This document shows, in pieces, positions 1 to 9,857 of a DNA stretch of 64,000 nucleotides. Origin of the DNA: Acidobacteriota bacterium. Lineage in GTDB: Bacteria > Acidobacteriota > UBA6911 > RPQK01 > JAJDTT01. The stretch covers positions 1,061,525 through 1,125,524 of the forward strand of contig OY764083.1 of assembly GCA_963668095.1 (NCBI GenBank), given 5' to 3'. The position numbers and the translations under genes are program-made. Each line of letters starts with the position of its first letter. Within the stretch, counting starts at the first letter, position 1. A model generated the notes under the pieces. It did no database searches. It saw nothing but the letters and a program-made list of their open reading frames with translations, and had not been told where the DNA came from.

Positions 1-684
1 ACCGAAGTGGTCTTCTTCGGAGCGGACCGGGGCAAGGAGGAGATCCGGGACAACGAATACGAACAGAATTTCGGGCGCAGTCTTTCGGTCAAGGAAGCGT
101 TTCGGGATCGGGTTCTGTTGGCCTATGAGATGAACGGGAAACCGTTGAGCCAGACCCATGGCGCTCCCCTCCGCTTGGTGGTTCCCGGCTGGTACGGAGT
201 AGCCTGGGTCAAGTGGCTCTGGCGCGTCGAGGTCCATGACCGCCAATTCCTGAGCCGCTTCATGGGGCGCGACTACGTCACGATCCGCGGTGAGGAGCGG
301 GACGGCGAGACCATCTGGCGCGAGACTTCGGTGGGCCGCATGAACCTCAAGTCCATCGTGGCCCGGGTGACCCGTCCGGATGGCGGCGGCATTCGCGTCA
401 TGGGCGCGGTATGGAACGACGGGACTCCGTTGAAAGGGGTCGAGCTCAAGCTGGACGACGGCCCCTGGAGGAAGACCGAGTTGGGCGAAGGATCGGATTA
501 TCCCCACAGCTGGACCTTCTGGTCCTACGACTGGAACGATCCTGCGCCGGGCGAGCACACCCTGGTCTCCAGAGCCGTGGACGCTCGGGGCCGGGTCCAG
601 CCGGCGCCGGAAGACGAAATAATCCGGCTGAAGAAGACCTACTGGGAAGCCAACCAGCAGATCCGGCGGCGGATCCGCCTCTGA
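1..684 (+). CDS. molybdopterin-dependent oxidoreductase, sulfite-oxidase family (5' end outside window)
   Basis: Frame open from base 1. Motif LLAYEMNGKPL..HGAPLRLVVPGWYG..WVKWL is followed by an Ig-like Mo-co dimerisation-type tail. Stop at 682-684. Confidence 0.75.
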   Translation, partial: TEVVFFGADRGKEEIRDNEYEQNFGRSLSVKEAFRDRVLLAYEMNGKPLSQTHGAPLRLVVPGWYGVAWVKWLWRVEVHDRQFLSRFMGRDYVTIRGEERDGETIWRETSVGRMNLKSIVARVTRPDGGGIRVMGAVWNDGTPLKGVELKLDDGPWRKTELGEGSDYPHSWTFWSYDWNDPAPGEHTLVSRAVDARGRVQPAPEDEIIRLKKTYWEANQQIRRRIRL

Positions 685-688
685 CCGC

Positions 689-1747
689 ATGAGCAAGCGT
701 CTGGCGGTCTTCGGCGCCGGCGCCATCGGGGGTCAGGTCGGCGCCCGGATGTTCGCCGCGGGACACGACGTCACGCTGATCGAGCCGTGGCCGGATCAGT
801 TCCGGGCCATTCGGGACTCGGGTCTTCGGATTGAAGACGAAGAAGGGCCGGTTCACTTCCGCCCGCCGGTCGTCCATCCGGACCAACTCGACCGCCTGGA
901 TCCGGTGGATATCCTCTTTCTGGCGGTGAAATCGTACGACTCGGACGCGGCCGTGGAGAGGGTTCTTCCCCGCTTGGCACCGCAAGCCTGGGTGGTCAGC
1001 ACCCAGAACGGTATCAACGAAGAAATCATCGCCGAGCGGGTCGAAAGCGGCCGGATTCTGGGCGTCGTCATCCTGATCAACGCCGTGCTGGAGGCTCCCG
1101 GCCGGATCCAGGTCTCCACGCAATCCGTCTCCCGGTCCTCCAACCTCGACGCTCCCGGAGCCTACGTGGGTGAATACGCCGGGTCCTCGGTGAGCAAGGC
1201 TGAAGAAGTGGCCTGGTATCTGAACGCCGTGTGGCCGGCGAAGACCACGGGCGATCTGATGGCCATGCGCTGGACCAAGCTGGCCACCAGCGCCATGGTC
1301 AATGCGCTTTCGGGAATCACCGGCCTGCGGTCGGCTCCCCTCCTGGGTGAGCCGGATGTGCGAAAGATCATGATCCAGTTGGCGGCGGAGGTGGTCCACG
1401 TGGCCCAGGGCCATGGACACGCCATCCACCGGGTCCTGGGTCACTGCACGCCGGATCAGGTGCTGGCGGCCGCCCGCGGGCGGGACGGGACCATGGACCG
1501 GCGGCTGGCCCGGATGTCGGAACGGATCAGTCCCGCCGCGGCTACTTCCCTGCTCCAGGACCACTGGAAGGGACGGATCACCGAGGTGGACCATTTCAAC
1601 GGATTCGTGGTCCGCAAGGGGCGGGAAAAAGGGGTGGCGACGCCGGTCAACGAGGCGGTCCGGAGACTCATGAAGAGGATCGAGCGCAAGGAACTCTCCT
1701 CTGGCCTGGACGCCCTGGCTCCGCTGCTGAGCCTCGTGAACGGGTAG
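689..1747 (+). CDS. 2-dehydropantoate 2-reductase family (ApbA/PanE-like) oxidoreductase
   Basis: 352 aa. N-terminal Rossmann motif VFGAGAIGG and overall ApbA/PanE-like layout. Starts 5 nt after the upstream stop. Confidence 0.8.
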   Translation: MSKRLAVFGAGAIGGQVGARMFAAGHDVTLIEPWPDQFRAIRDSGLRIEDEEGPVHFRPPVVHPDQLDRLDPVDILFLAVKSYDSDAAVERVLPRLAPQAWVVSTQNGINEEIIAERVESGRILGVVILINAVLEAPGRIQVSTQSVSRSSNLDAPGAYVGEYAGSSVSKAEEVAWYLNAVWPAKTTGDLMAMRWTKLATSAMVNALSGITGLRSAPLLGEPDVRKIMIQLAAEVVHVAQGHGHAIHRVLGHCTPDQVLAAARGRDGTMDRRLARMSERISPAAATSLLQDHWKGRITEVDHFNGFVVRKGREKGVATPVNEAVRRLMKRIERKELSSGLDALAPLLSLVNG

Positions 1748-1830
1748 GGGGTAGGAGGGGGGACATTCCTGTCCCCCATTCTTAATTGCGGCGATGAAGA
1801 GGGGGGACAAAATGTCCCCCTCCTACCCCC
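1747..1830. repeat. G-rich hairpin repeat pair between convergent genes (candidate bidirectional terminator)
   Basis: Outer inverted repeat GGGGGTAGGAGGGGGGACAT / ATGTCCCCCTCCTACCCCC. Inner hairpins GGGGGGACATTCCTGTCCCCC and GGGGGGACAAAATGTCCCCC. It abuts both stop codons (1745-1747 and 1833-1835). Confidence 0.6.
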
Positions 1831-1832
1831 TC

Positions 1833-2792
1833 CTATAAGACCTCCGGATTGACGCAGTGCCGGGGGCGTTCCCCCTGCAGCACGGCCAACATGTCGTTGG
1901 CCATGGAACGCCCGACCCGGTCCATGGCCAAGTGACTCATTCCCAGGGCGTGTGGCGCGAACAAACACCGGGGATTCTTGAAGATCCGGTGGGAGACGTC
2001 GGGGGGCTCGGTCGTAAACACGTCCAGTCCCACGTAGCTGAGTTGTCCTTCTTCAAGCGCGTCGGCAAGAGTGTCGAGACCATCGGTGATGCCGCCGCGG
2101 GCCAGATTCAGCAGAACGGCTCCCCGCTTCATACCGGCCACCGCCTCCCGGTCGATCATGCCCCGGGTCTCGTCGTTCAGGAGCATGTGCAGGGAAACAT
2201 AATCGGACTGGGCCAGCAGTTCCTTCAGCGAGACCTTTCGGACTCCGATCTCCGCCATCCGATCGGCGTCCACGTACGGGTCGTAGCCCAGGACCGTCAC
2301 TTCGAAGGGTTGCAGCAGCCTGGCCAGGTACGACCCGATCCGGCCCAATCCCACGATGCCGAACGTGTGGCCGGCCACATCCCCGACCAGTTCGTCGTAA
2401 CGGCGGTCCCAGTCGCCGCTTCGGACCGCGGCATCCATGATCCTCATGTTCTTGACCAGGCAGAGCAACATCCCCAGGGCCCCTTCGGCCACCGAGAATC
2501 CGCCCACCGGGGCGATGATCAGCGGAATCGACCGGCGGGTCAGGGCCGGCACGTCCACGGTGTCGTACCCGACGCCGGTCCTGCCCACGACCTTGAGATC
2601 GGGGGCGGCCTCCACCAACTCCGGTGTGATCCGGGCTTCCCCCCGGGCGACGATCCCGATCGTTCCCGACAGTAGGCCCAACAACGTCTCTTGGTCGGCG
2701 CTGGGCGAGGTCACCGTGGGAACATGGGCCTCCAGCAACTCGATCACGATCTCTTCCACAGGGGCCGTCACCAGGATTCTCTTTTGAGCCAT
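1833..2792 (-). CDS. D-isomer-specific 2-hydroxyacid dehydrogenase (PGDH/GHPR-like)
   Basis: Only the last 319 aa of the 821-aa ORF look real, starting MAQKRILV at 2790-2792. Motif GIVGLGRIGS plus the typical C-terminal catalytic region. Confidence 0.85.
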   Translation of the reverse strand: MAQKRILVTAPVEEIVIELLEAHVPTVTSPSADQETLLGLLSGTIGIVARGEARITPELVEAAPDLKVVGRTGVGYDTVDVPALTRRSIPLIIAPVGGFSVAEGALGMLLCLVKNMRIMDAAVRSGDWDRRYDELVGDVAGHTFGIVGLGRIGSYLARLLQPFEVTVLGYDPYVDADRMAEIGVRKVSLKELLAQSDYVSLHMLLNDETRGMIDREAVAGMKRGAVLLNLARGGITDGLDTLADALEEGQLSYVGLDVFTTEPPDVSHRIFKNPRCLFAPHALGMSHLAMDRVGRSMANDMLAVLQGERPRHCVNPEVL

Positions 2793-2927
2793 GGGGTTTT
2801 CTATCCTCAGTCTGTGTTTACGTTTAAGGACCGTACCCGCCTTGTCGCGGTCCCCCCGCTTCGCTACCATTGTCCCATCGGTTCCGACAACCGGAACCCG
2901 TCGATCAAACCTGACGGAGTATGAATC

Positions 2928-4256
2928 ATGAGTCAATCTTCCATCAACAGGCGTTCCTTCCTGTCCCATTCGGCTGGCGCCGGAGCCGGACTCGCACTGG
3001 CCGGATTTCCCGCCATAGCCAAATCCCGGGACGTTAACGGTCAGATCCGGGTCGGCATCGTCGGTCCCGGCGGCCGCGGCAGAGGCATCATGAGGGAGTT
3101 CTTCGAAGGCAACCAGCGTTTCAACGCCCGCCTCACGGCGGTTTGCGACGTCTGGAACGACGCCCGGGAGCAAGCAAAGGCGCTGACCGAGGAACGGCAG
3201 GGAACGACGCCCAAGGTCTACAAGCATCACGAGCAGATCGTGAACGATCCCGACATCGACGCCCTCATCATCGCCACTCCGGATCACGCCCACGCCCAGA
3301 TTCTCGAAATGGCCGCCAACGCGGGCAAGGACGCCTATTGCGAGAAGCCCATGGGCAACGTCCTGTCGGAGACCAACGCGGCGCTGGACGCGGTGAAAAA
3401 ATCGGGCAGCATCGTCCAGATCGGCACCCAGAGGCGGAGTTCCCCCAAGTACCGGCAGGCGGCCAAGATGATCGCCGACGGGATCATCGGGGACGTGGTC
3501 AAGGTCGACCTCTACTGGAGCTGGTACAGCCCCTACCGCTGGGCCAAGAAGGACCAGGACCTGGCGAATATCAGGGAGAGCGACGTGGACTGGAACACTT
3601 GGCTCATGGGGAAACCCCACCGCCCCTTCGACCCCAGGGTGTTCCGCTGTTTCCGCCTCTGGAAGGACTTCTCCAGCGGCATCATCGACCAGTGGATGAC
3701 CCACGGCATCGACGTGGCCCACATGCTCACCGGCACCTCCTATCCCCTGAGCGCGGTGGCCCACGGCGGAATCTACGCCTGGAAGGACTGGAGGGAGAAT
3801 GCCGACACCCTCGAGGTCTCCCTGGAGTACGAGAAGAACGGCCGAAAGTTCTTGACCGTCTATTCCACCAACCTGATCAACGGATACGGGAAAGCCACCC
3901 AGTTGCACGGCACCTTGGGCAGCTTCGAGGCCGGAGGCTCCAACAACAGGGAGGACTGGAGCAAGGGCCGGGCCGAGTCCAGCGCCAACCCCAACGTCCC
4001 CTGGCACTTCTCGGGCCGGGGAGTGAAGGCCGAGGGCAAGATCGAGGATCAGGTTCCCGTTCCCGACGCTCCGGGTGAAAGGAGCCACGTGGCCAACTGG
4101 CTGGACGCCGTTCGCTCCCGGGACAGCAAGCGGCTGCACTGTCCCGTGGAGGCCGGATACGGCCATTCCGTCGCCTGCATCATGTCCACCGATTCCTATT
4201 GGAGCGGCCGGCGCATGACATTTGATCCCGTCAAGCGGACGATTCAGGCCGGCTGA
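2928..4256 (+). CDS. Gfo/Idh/MocA family oxidoreductase with Tat signal
   Basis: 442 aa. Twin-arginine leader NRRSFLSHSAGAGAGLALAG, Rossmann motif VGIVGPGGRG and motif EKP. Confidence 0.85.
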   Translation: MSQSSINRRSFLSHSAGAGAGLALAGFPAIAKSRDVNGQIRVGIVGPGGRGRGIMREFFEGNQRFNARLTAVCDVWNDAREQAKALTEERQGTTPKVYKHHEQIVNDPDIDALIIATPDHAHAQILEMAANAGKDAYCEKPMGNVLSETNAALDAVKKSGSIVQIGTQRRSSPKYRQAAKMIADGIIGDVVKVDLYWSWYSPYRWAKKDQDLANIRESDVDWNTWLMGKPHRPFDPRVFRCFRLWKDFSSGIIDQWMTHGIDVAHMLTGTSYPLSAVAHGGIYAWKDWRENADTLEVSLEYEKNGRKFLTVYSTNLINGYGKATQLHGTLGSFEAGGSNNREDWSKGRAESSANPNVPWHFSGRGVKAEGKIEDQVPVPDAPGERSHVANWLDAVRSRDSKRLHCPVEAGYGHSVACIMSTDSYWSGRRMTFDPVKRTIQAG

Positions 4257-4272
4257 CGCTGATAGGTCTGAA

Positions 4273-5322
4273 ATGGCGTCCATCGAGATCCTGGGCACGG
4301 GCCGAATTGACGAGCGTGAGTCGGCTTTTCCCCAGACGGTTCAACTCCCCGACGGCGATATCCTCTGCTCATTCAATGTGGGTGGCGGCGCTCACGTCAC
4401 CGGCGGCTCGGACTGGGCTCGCTCCACTGACGGAGGCGAGACCTGGACGGTAGAAGGCACTCTTCTGCCTCGCGTGGAAGGCTCCACCAACGCATTGAAG
4501 CTGAGCCTTTCGGCCGACGGCCGCACCGTCTACGCGTACGGCTCCCGCCACTTTGCGCGAGCCACCAAGGTTTTCGGCGACTCTGAGAACGAGCCGGTCT
4601 TCCTGCGCTCCTCGGATGGAGGACGGACCTGGTCCGCGCCCCGCTCCATTCCCATGAAGGGGCACGGGAAGTTGGAGATCTCTCACGGAATCCTCCCTCT
4701 GAAGTCCGGCCGCCTGCTGGCGCCTGCCGCCACCCTCGATTCCAAGGACACGTTGGGGAAGCAGGTCCTGGCCGCCGTTTCCGACGACGGTGGGGAGACG
4801 TGGCCGCGCCATGCCGTCGTGTTCGAGGACCCGAACGGGAGGCTGGGTTACCTGGAGCAGAAACTGGCTCAGGTGGACGAGGGCCTGCTCATCGCCACCT
4901 GCTGGACCGTGACCTTGGGGGACGTGGTGGACCAGGAGGACTCCTACGTGCTCTCCCGGGACGATGGCCTCACCTGGAGCGCTCCTCGCAGCACCGGCAT
5001 TCGGGGCCAGACCATGACGCCGATCCCTTTGGGCGGCGACCGGCTGATGGTCCTCTACAACCGGCGGTACGGGCACCAGGGGATCGTCATGAACCTGGTC
5101 ACCCTCTCTCCCGAAGGATGGGAGATCCACTACGAGGGACTGATGTACGATCCTGGAACCCGCCAGGAAGGGCCGACCGGTCTGGGTGTCGAGGAGTACG
5201 GCGGCTTCCAGTTCGGGTTCCCCACCGCCATCCGCCTCCAGGACGGCGACTACCTGGCCACGCACTGGTCCCAGGAAGGGGGCCGGTTCGGTGTGCGCTG
5301 GACCCGCCTGAGAATCGACTGA
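4273..5322 (+). CDS. BNR/Asp-box repeat protein (sialidase-like beta-propeller), no signal peptide
   Basis: Four SxDxGxTW boxes: STDGGETW, SSDGGRTW, SDDGGETW, SRDDGLTW. Start chosen at MASIEIL; an alternative start at 4222 is possible. Confidence 0.75.
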   Translation: MASIEILGTGRIDERESAFPQTVQLPDGDILCSFNVGGGAHVTGGSDWARSTDGGETWTVEGTLLPRVEGSTNALKLSLSADGRTVYAYGSRHFARATKVFGDSENEPVFLRSSDGGRTWSAPRSIPMKGHGKLEISHGILPLKSGRLLAPAATLDSKDTLGKQVLAAVSDDGGETWPRHAVVFEDPNGRLGYLEQKLAQVDEGLLIATCWTVTLGDVVDQEDSYVLSRDDGLTWSAPRSTGIRGQTMTPIPLGGDRLMVLYNRRYGHQGIVMNLVTLSPEGWEIHYEGLMYDPGTRQEGPTGLGVEEYGGFQFGFPTAIRLQDGDYLATHWSQEGGRFGVRWTRLRID

Positions 5323-5346
5323 TAGGAGATCCCCGAAACCGGACGT

Positions 5347-6225
5347 TCAGCGAACGGCAGACTTGGCGAAGCGAACCGCGTGGACCACGTAGCGGCGGAC
5401 CGCGTCCAACTGCCAGGTCCATGGCTGAACCTGTTTCACGCCCCGAAGCGACTCTGCCGCATGCGGAACGGCCCGAAAAGCCTCCTCAATCTCCTGCGGA
5501 CTCAGACCGAGAAAAAACCGATCCACCAGCTCCGCCTCCCCGCATGATGCCGGCCCACCCGGTTCGGCAGCGACGGGGTCCGGAACGGCCTCAGCCATGT
5601 CGGTCACCACGATCCCCGTTCCTCCCGGGGCGACCAGATCGGTCAATAGACGAACGTGTGCGTTCCGGACCTGCAGCATGGTCCGCTCGCGGCGGGACCC
5701 GGGTAGCTGGAGGCGGCTCACGGATTCCAGGAGTTGGCTCACCACACAGGTGGAGACCACCAATTCGAAGTCTCTGGCTGGGACCTTCGCCGTGCCGGCA
5801 TCCGGACCACCGAGGCCCGAAAGGTCCAGATCGTCCCGCAAGCGAAAGTTGGAATCCTTCGGAATCCCTTGTCTCAGAAGCGCCTGCTCCATGGCCTCCC
5901 GGTCCAGGTCGAACAGATGGATCTCGCCGCACTCGGAGGCCAGGTGGCGCAGATCCAGGTCGTTGCAGTTTCCCGCCCCCAGGATCGCTACCTTGCCCCG
6001 ACGCCGGCTCTCCGCGCCCACCAGTTCCATGACCCGGTCTCGGTGTCCGCGGAAGAATTCCCAGTTTTTCCGCGTGCTCCGGTTGACGATCCGATGCGCC
6101 TGGCTTCTCTGCCGGAGCTCAATTCCGAGTCGACTCACGGCCTTCTCCTCGAATACGTAATTTCCACGCTTGCCGTTGGAGTCTGGAATTCTACGCTGTA
6201 GCCACCCAGGAGAAAAAGCCGTCAT
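5347..6225 (-). CDS. putative SAM-dependent methyltransferase-like protein
   Basis: Rossmann-like motif VAILGAGNCNDLD followed by HLFDLD. Start is uncertain (6225 or up to 6318). Confidence 0.45.
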   Translation of the reverse strand: MTAFSPGWLQRRIPDSNGKRGNYVFEEKAVSRLGIELRQRSQAHRIVNRSTRKNWEFFRGHRDRVMELVGAESRRRGKVAILGAGNCNDLDLRHLASECGEIHLFDLDREAMEQALLRQGIPKDSNFRLRDDLDLSGLGGPDAGTAKVPARDFELVVSTCVVSQLLESVSRLQLPGSRRERTMLQVRNAHVRLLTDLVAPGGTGIVVTDMAEAVPDPVAAEPGGPASCGEAELVDRFFLGLSPQEIEEAFRAVPHAAESLRGVKQVQPWTWQLDAVRRYVVHAVRFAKSAVR

Positions 6226-6407
6226 GGTAATTGGCCGGCGGTACGTTCTATGAAATGGGAGGCTGTCCATTGATTGCGTTTCTCCGGTATTCGCTTGATT
6301 ATCCCGGGTCTGGAGCACAATTGTGTCTTCGATTCAGGGCCATGGCGAATGGCACAGGAGAGGAAATAACGTATTGAACTTCGTACCTTTTGGTACGAAA
6401 ATAGAAT

Positions 6408-6614
6408 ATGACTGGAGTCGAGTTCATCCGCCGTGCGAGTCGCTATGCGAAACGTACCGGTCAGGATTTCCGATTGGAGCCCGGTCGCGGCAAGGGCAGC
6501 CACGCCCGCTTATGGATCGCTTGGCGTTTCACCATAGTGAAGCGGGGCGAGTTGAAACGGGGGACCTTCCTTGGAATGTTGAAACAGTTGAACATCAGAA
6601 AGGAGGACTTCTGA
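6408..6614 (+). CDS. hicA: HicA toxin (type II TA)
   Basis: 68 aa. YcfA/HicA-like motif GKGSHARL. Directly followed by HicB. Confidence 0.85.
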   Translation: MTGVEFIRRASRYAKRTGQDFRLEPGRGKGSHARLWIAWRFTIVKRGELKRGTFLGMLKQLNIRKEDF

Positions 6615-6615
6615 A

Positions 6616-7044
6616 GTGCGATACCTCTACCCCTGTGTCCTGACCCCCGAACAAGAGGGGGGATTCTCTGTCATTTTTCCAGACGTTCCCGAGGCACTGA
6701 CCTGCGGCAATGACAGGGTTGAAGCCTTGGCGATGGCCGAGGACGCGCTCGCGACAGCTTTGGCCGGCTACGTTCAGGAAGGCTGGGACATTCCAATTCC
6801 GAGCAGAAATGCCAGCGGTCAAGAACTGATCGCCGTTCCGCCTGTGGTTGCCGCCAAGCTGGCGCTTTACAGGTGCATGCGCAAACAGGGTCTCACCAAG
6901 GTCGCTCTTGCCAAGCGCTTGGGTCTGAGCGAGGGTGCTGTCCGTAAACTTCTGAACCTGGATCATCGATCCCATATCAACCAGGTCGAGAGAGCACTTC
7001 GGGTTGTAGGGCGCGGACTGGTCGTCGAAGACAGAGTCGCCTGA
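6616..7044 (+). CDS. hicB: HicB antitoxin with C-terminal HTH
   Basis: GTG start 1 nt after the hicA stop. N-terminal HicB fold motif YPCVLTPEQEGGFSVIFPDVPEALTCG. XRE-like HTH LTKVALAKRLGLSEGAVRKL. Confidence 0.85.
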   Translation: MRYLYPCVLTPEQEGGFSVIFPDVPEALTCGNDRVEALAMAEDALATALAGYVQEGWDIPIPSRNASGQELIAVPPVVAAKLALYRCMRKQGLTKVALAKRLGLSEGAVRKLLNLDHRSHINQVERALRVVGRGLVVEDRVA

Positions 7045-7210
7045 AGGCGTGTTGGATTCTCCCTGCGGGCTTCGACAATCCTCCACAGATTCGGAAAAGA
7101 ACCCGCAAACCGTTTTCAGTATTGGGGGTGAACAGCCAGCACCTATGTGGTACTTTTCCGTGTCCTCGGACAAGAATGTCAAGCCCTTGGTCCTCGCCAG
7201 AAAGGAGCCC

Positions 7211-8776
7211 ATGAACACCCACTTCTGGACGCGAACGCTCTGCCTTCTCGTACTGTCCACCATCACCGCCGCCGCTTCCGGCGTGCCGAGCCTGTTGGAG
7301 ATCGGCAATCGCAAGCAGTTGTTCATCGACGACTACATGATCCAGAGCCTGACCGACGCCAAACAGGTGCTCAACACCGCGGTCAAGGAGCCCAGCAACC
7401 CGGTGGTCCGCCCGGACCGGCCCTGGGAGGGAAATTTTTCTCCCGTGTCCAAGGTCCTCTACGACCCGGAGGAGAAGCTCTTCAAGATGTGGTACTCCAC
7501 CAGCGGCGACTGGCGCGCGGAACCGGGAGGGCAGCTCGTGGAATTCCACTGGACCGACTCCGGCGCCACTCGGGAAATAGTCGATGCTCCCTACCGATAC
7601 GTGGGGATCTACGGTAACTACAACTACCGGCTCTGCTACGCCACCTCCAAGGACGGAGTCCATTGGGAAAAACCGAATCTGGGCAAGGTGGAGTTCAACG
7701 GCAGCCGCAACAACAACCTGCTGCCGGCCGGCGGCCGGGCGCCGACCTTCGAGGACCCCAACGAGACCGATCCCGCCAAGCGGTACAAGTCGATTGCCAT
7801 GACGCGGACCAAGAATCCGCGTGGCATGCAGCTGCACGTCTACTATTCCCCGGACGGATTCAACTGGACTCCCGAGCCGACCAATCCGGTGATGGACACG
7901 ACGCCGGAGCCCGGCCGGTGGGGCCCCACCCACTACATGGGATGGGACCCGATCCGGAAGGTCTACGCCGCCCACATCGAGAACTGCCTGCACCGCGCGT
8001 GTCCCACCGGCAAGAGGATCGTGGGGCGAGCCGAGAGCCCCGATTTCAGGAATTGGAGTCTCCCCCAGAACATCCTCCTTCCGGACGCTGAGGATTACCC
8101 GGACGCCGAGTTCTACCTCTTTCCGGTGGTGGCCTACGAAGGCACCTACATTGCCATGCCCTGGATCTATCGGACCACGCGGACCCTTCACTACCCGACC
8201 CTGGCCTTCAGCCGTGACGGGGTGAATTACGAACGGAAGTTCCGCGAGCCCCTGGTCCGGCCCGGCGCCGAGGGGAGCTTCGATTCGGTCAGCGTCTACT
8301 CCCAGGCGCCGATCATGCAGGGAGGGAAAGTCTGGATCTACTACACAGGCGCCAACTGGCGGGGGCCCGAACAGCTTTATCTCAGGCAGGAGGCCGAGGG
8401 AGAATCGCCGCTGAGGGCACCCGGTCTGGCGACCCTGCCGGAGGACGGGTTCGTCTCCATCGACGCGGGCAAGCTCAAGCCCGGGATCCTGCTCACCCAG
8501 ACCTTCAGCTTCGATGGCTCGGGCCTTTACGTCAACATGGAGGCCGCCCGGAACAACGACGGCTCCGGGATTCCCCAGATCAAGGTGGAGATCCTGGATC
8601 ACCAGACCAAGCCGCTGCCCGGCTTCTCGTTGAAGGAGTCGGATCCCATGGCCGTCCGGGGATCCGCCCAGGCCAGTTGGCAGGGGAAGAGCGATGTGAG
8701 CTCATTGGAGGGCCGCCCCGTCCAGCTCCGCTTCTGGATCCGGAACGCGAGCCTTTTCTCGTTTCAGTTCAAGTAG
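7211..8776 (+). CDS. secreted beta-propeller glycoside-hydrolase-superfamily-like protein (tentative)
   Basis: AAAGGAG RBS precedes ATG 7211. Signal peptide MNTHFWTRTLCLLVLSTITAAASG. The LFIDDYMI...PWEG...MWY pattern is typical of uncharacterised GH-like propellers. Confidence 0.5.
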   Translation: MNTHFWTRTLCLLVLSTITAAASGVPSLLEIGNRKQLFIDDYMIQSLTDAKQVLNTAVKEPSNPVVRPDRPWEGNFSPVSKVLYDPEEKLFKMWYSTSGDWRAEPGGQLVEFHWTDSGATREIVDAPYRYVGIYGNYNYRLCYATSKDGVHWEKPNLGKVEFNGSRNNNLLPAGGRAPTFEDPNETDPAKRYKSIAMTRTKNPRGMQLHVYYSPDGFNWTPEPTNPVMDTTPEPGRWGPTHYMGWDPIRKVYAAHIENCLHRACPTGKRIVGRAESPDFRNWSLPQNILLPDAEDYPDAEFYLFPVVAYEGTYIAMPWIYRTTRTLHYPTLAFSRDGVNYERKFREPLVRPGAEGSFDSVSVYSQAPIMQGGKVWIYYTGANWRGPEQLYLRQEAEGESPLRAPGLATLPEDGFVSIDAGKLKPGILLTQTFSFDGSGLYVNMEAARNNDGSGIPQIKVEILDHQTKPLPGFSLKESDPMAVRGSAQASWQGKSDVSSLEGRPVQLRFWIRNASLFSFQFK

Positions 8777-9043
8777 AAGCGAAAGCACCCTCGACGAAGT
8801 GCCCAAATTGGCCGTCCCGTTTCGAGTGCCGACGCATTTTGACCTGCAGCGTGCCGGAGTTGGACATGATCTTCTACCACCGGGGATGATCCAGTAAGAA
8901 CGGGGCGATTCGCGGGTTCTTGGAAACAAGCGCACCGGATGTCCACATGTACACGAGGAATTGCCTGTAGATGTCTTGTCCTTTACATGAATCAATGTTA
9001 TTCTTATTTATCATTGGAAAATATTTATTCATTGAGAAACCAT

Positions 9044-9310
9044 ATGAAGCAGATTACGACAACGATTACACAGCGTGGCCAAGTCACCATTCCCGCAGAA
9101 GTGCGGCGAATGTTAGGTGTGAAACCCAGGGACAAAGTCGCTTTCACGATCGAAAATGGCGAAGTGCGTCTAGCGCCGGTTCCCTTCAGCTTGGAGTCGG
9201 CCTATGGGTCGGTGAAGCCTGCAAGCCAAGCTGAAGACTTCGAAAGTGTGACCCAGGCGGCCAAGGATTCTAAAGCTGAGATGACTGCGCTGGCGTTGGA
9301 AAACACATGA
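9044..9310 (+). CDS. vapB: AbrB/SpoVT-type antitoxin (VapB-like)
   Basis: 88 aa. Motif ITQRGQVTIPAEVRRMLGVKPRDKV. 4-nt ATGA overlap with the PIN gene. AT-rich upstream region. Confidence 0.8.
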   Translation: MKQITTTITQRGQVTIPAEVRRMLGVKPRDKVAFTIENGEVRLAPVPFSLESAYGSVKPASQAEDFESVTQAAKDSKAEMTALALENT

Positions 9311-9720
9311 AGTTCTTGGACACAAACGTCATTCTTCGCTATCTGACTCGCGATGACGAGGTCAGGGCGGAGGCCTGCTACCGGCTCTTTCAGCGAGTCA
9401 AACAAGGACAAGAGGAACTCGTTGTCTGTGAAGCCATCGTTACCGAGGTCGTCTACGTATTATCTTCGGTTCGTGCTCCATATCGCCTGAGCCACGAAGA
9501 GATCAGAGCCCGGCTCTTGCCGATACTGACCCTCCGAGGGCTTAAGCTCCCACAAAAAAATGTCTATCTGCGCGCGCTCGATCTCTATGCCTCGTCACCC
9601 TTTCTCGACTTCGAGGATGCATTGACCGTATGCCACATGGAGCAACGGGGGATCACTGAGTTGGTCAGCTACGACAGAGATTTCGACCGGATTGGGGGAA
9701 TTCGAAGGATCGCCCCATAA
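9307..9720 (+). CDS. vapC: PIN-domain toxin VapC
   Basis: 137 aa. MKFLDTNVILRY with conserved acidic residues (D5, E42, D102-like, D123-like). Confidence 0.85.
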   Translation: MKFLDTNVILRYLTRDDEVRAEACYRLFQRVKQGQEELVVCEAIVTEVVYVLSSVRAPYRLSHEEIRARLLPILTLRGLKLPQKNVYLRALDLYASSPFLDFEDALTVCHMEQRGITELVSYDRDFDRIGGIRRIAP

Positions 9721-9821
9721 TCTGAAAAGCTCCCCCGCTGGCCAGGGTTCAGGGCAATCCACCAGCAAAGGAAGGTATCCCGGGGCGCAGGCGATTCGGG
9801 CGACAACTCCAGACCGGCAAG

Positions 9822-9857
9822 AAAGAGGGGGACTGAAAGTCCCCCCTCCCAGGGTGC
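9822..9857. repeat. G-rich hairpin repeat copy (AAAGAGGGGGAC-N5-GTCCCCCCTCCCAGGGTGC)
   Basis: Nearly the same 36-nt element recurs at 26078-26114. It abuts the stop of the minus-strand lyase gene. Confidence 0.6.

Noticed and set aside
1833-4298. 821-aa ORF on the minus strand
   Set aside because: Only the C-terminal 319 aa (from MAQKRILV at 2792) look like a protein, a 2-hydroxyacid dehydrogenase. The N-terminal ~500 aa are low-complexity Gly/Ala/Pro/Val sequence antisense to the well-supported Gfo/Idh/MocA gene. This is typical high-GC shadow reading.
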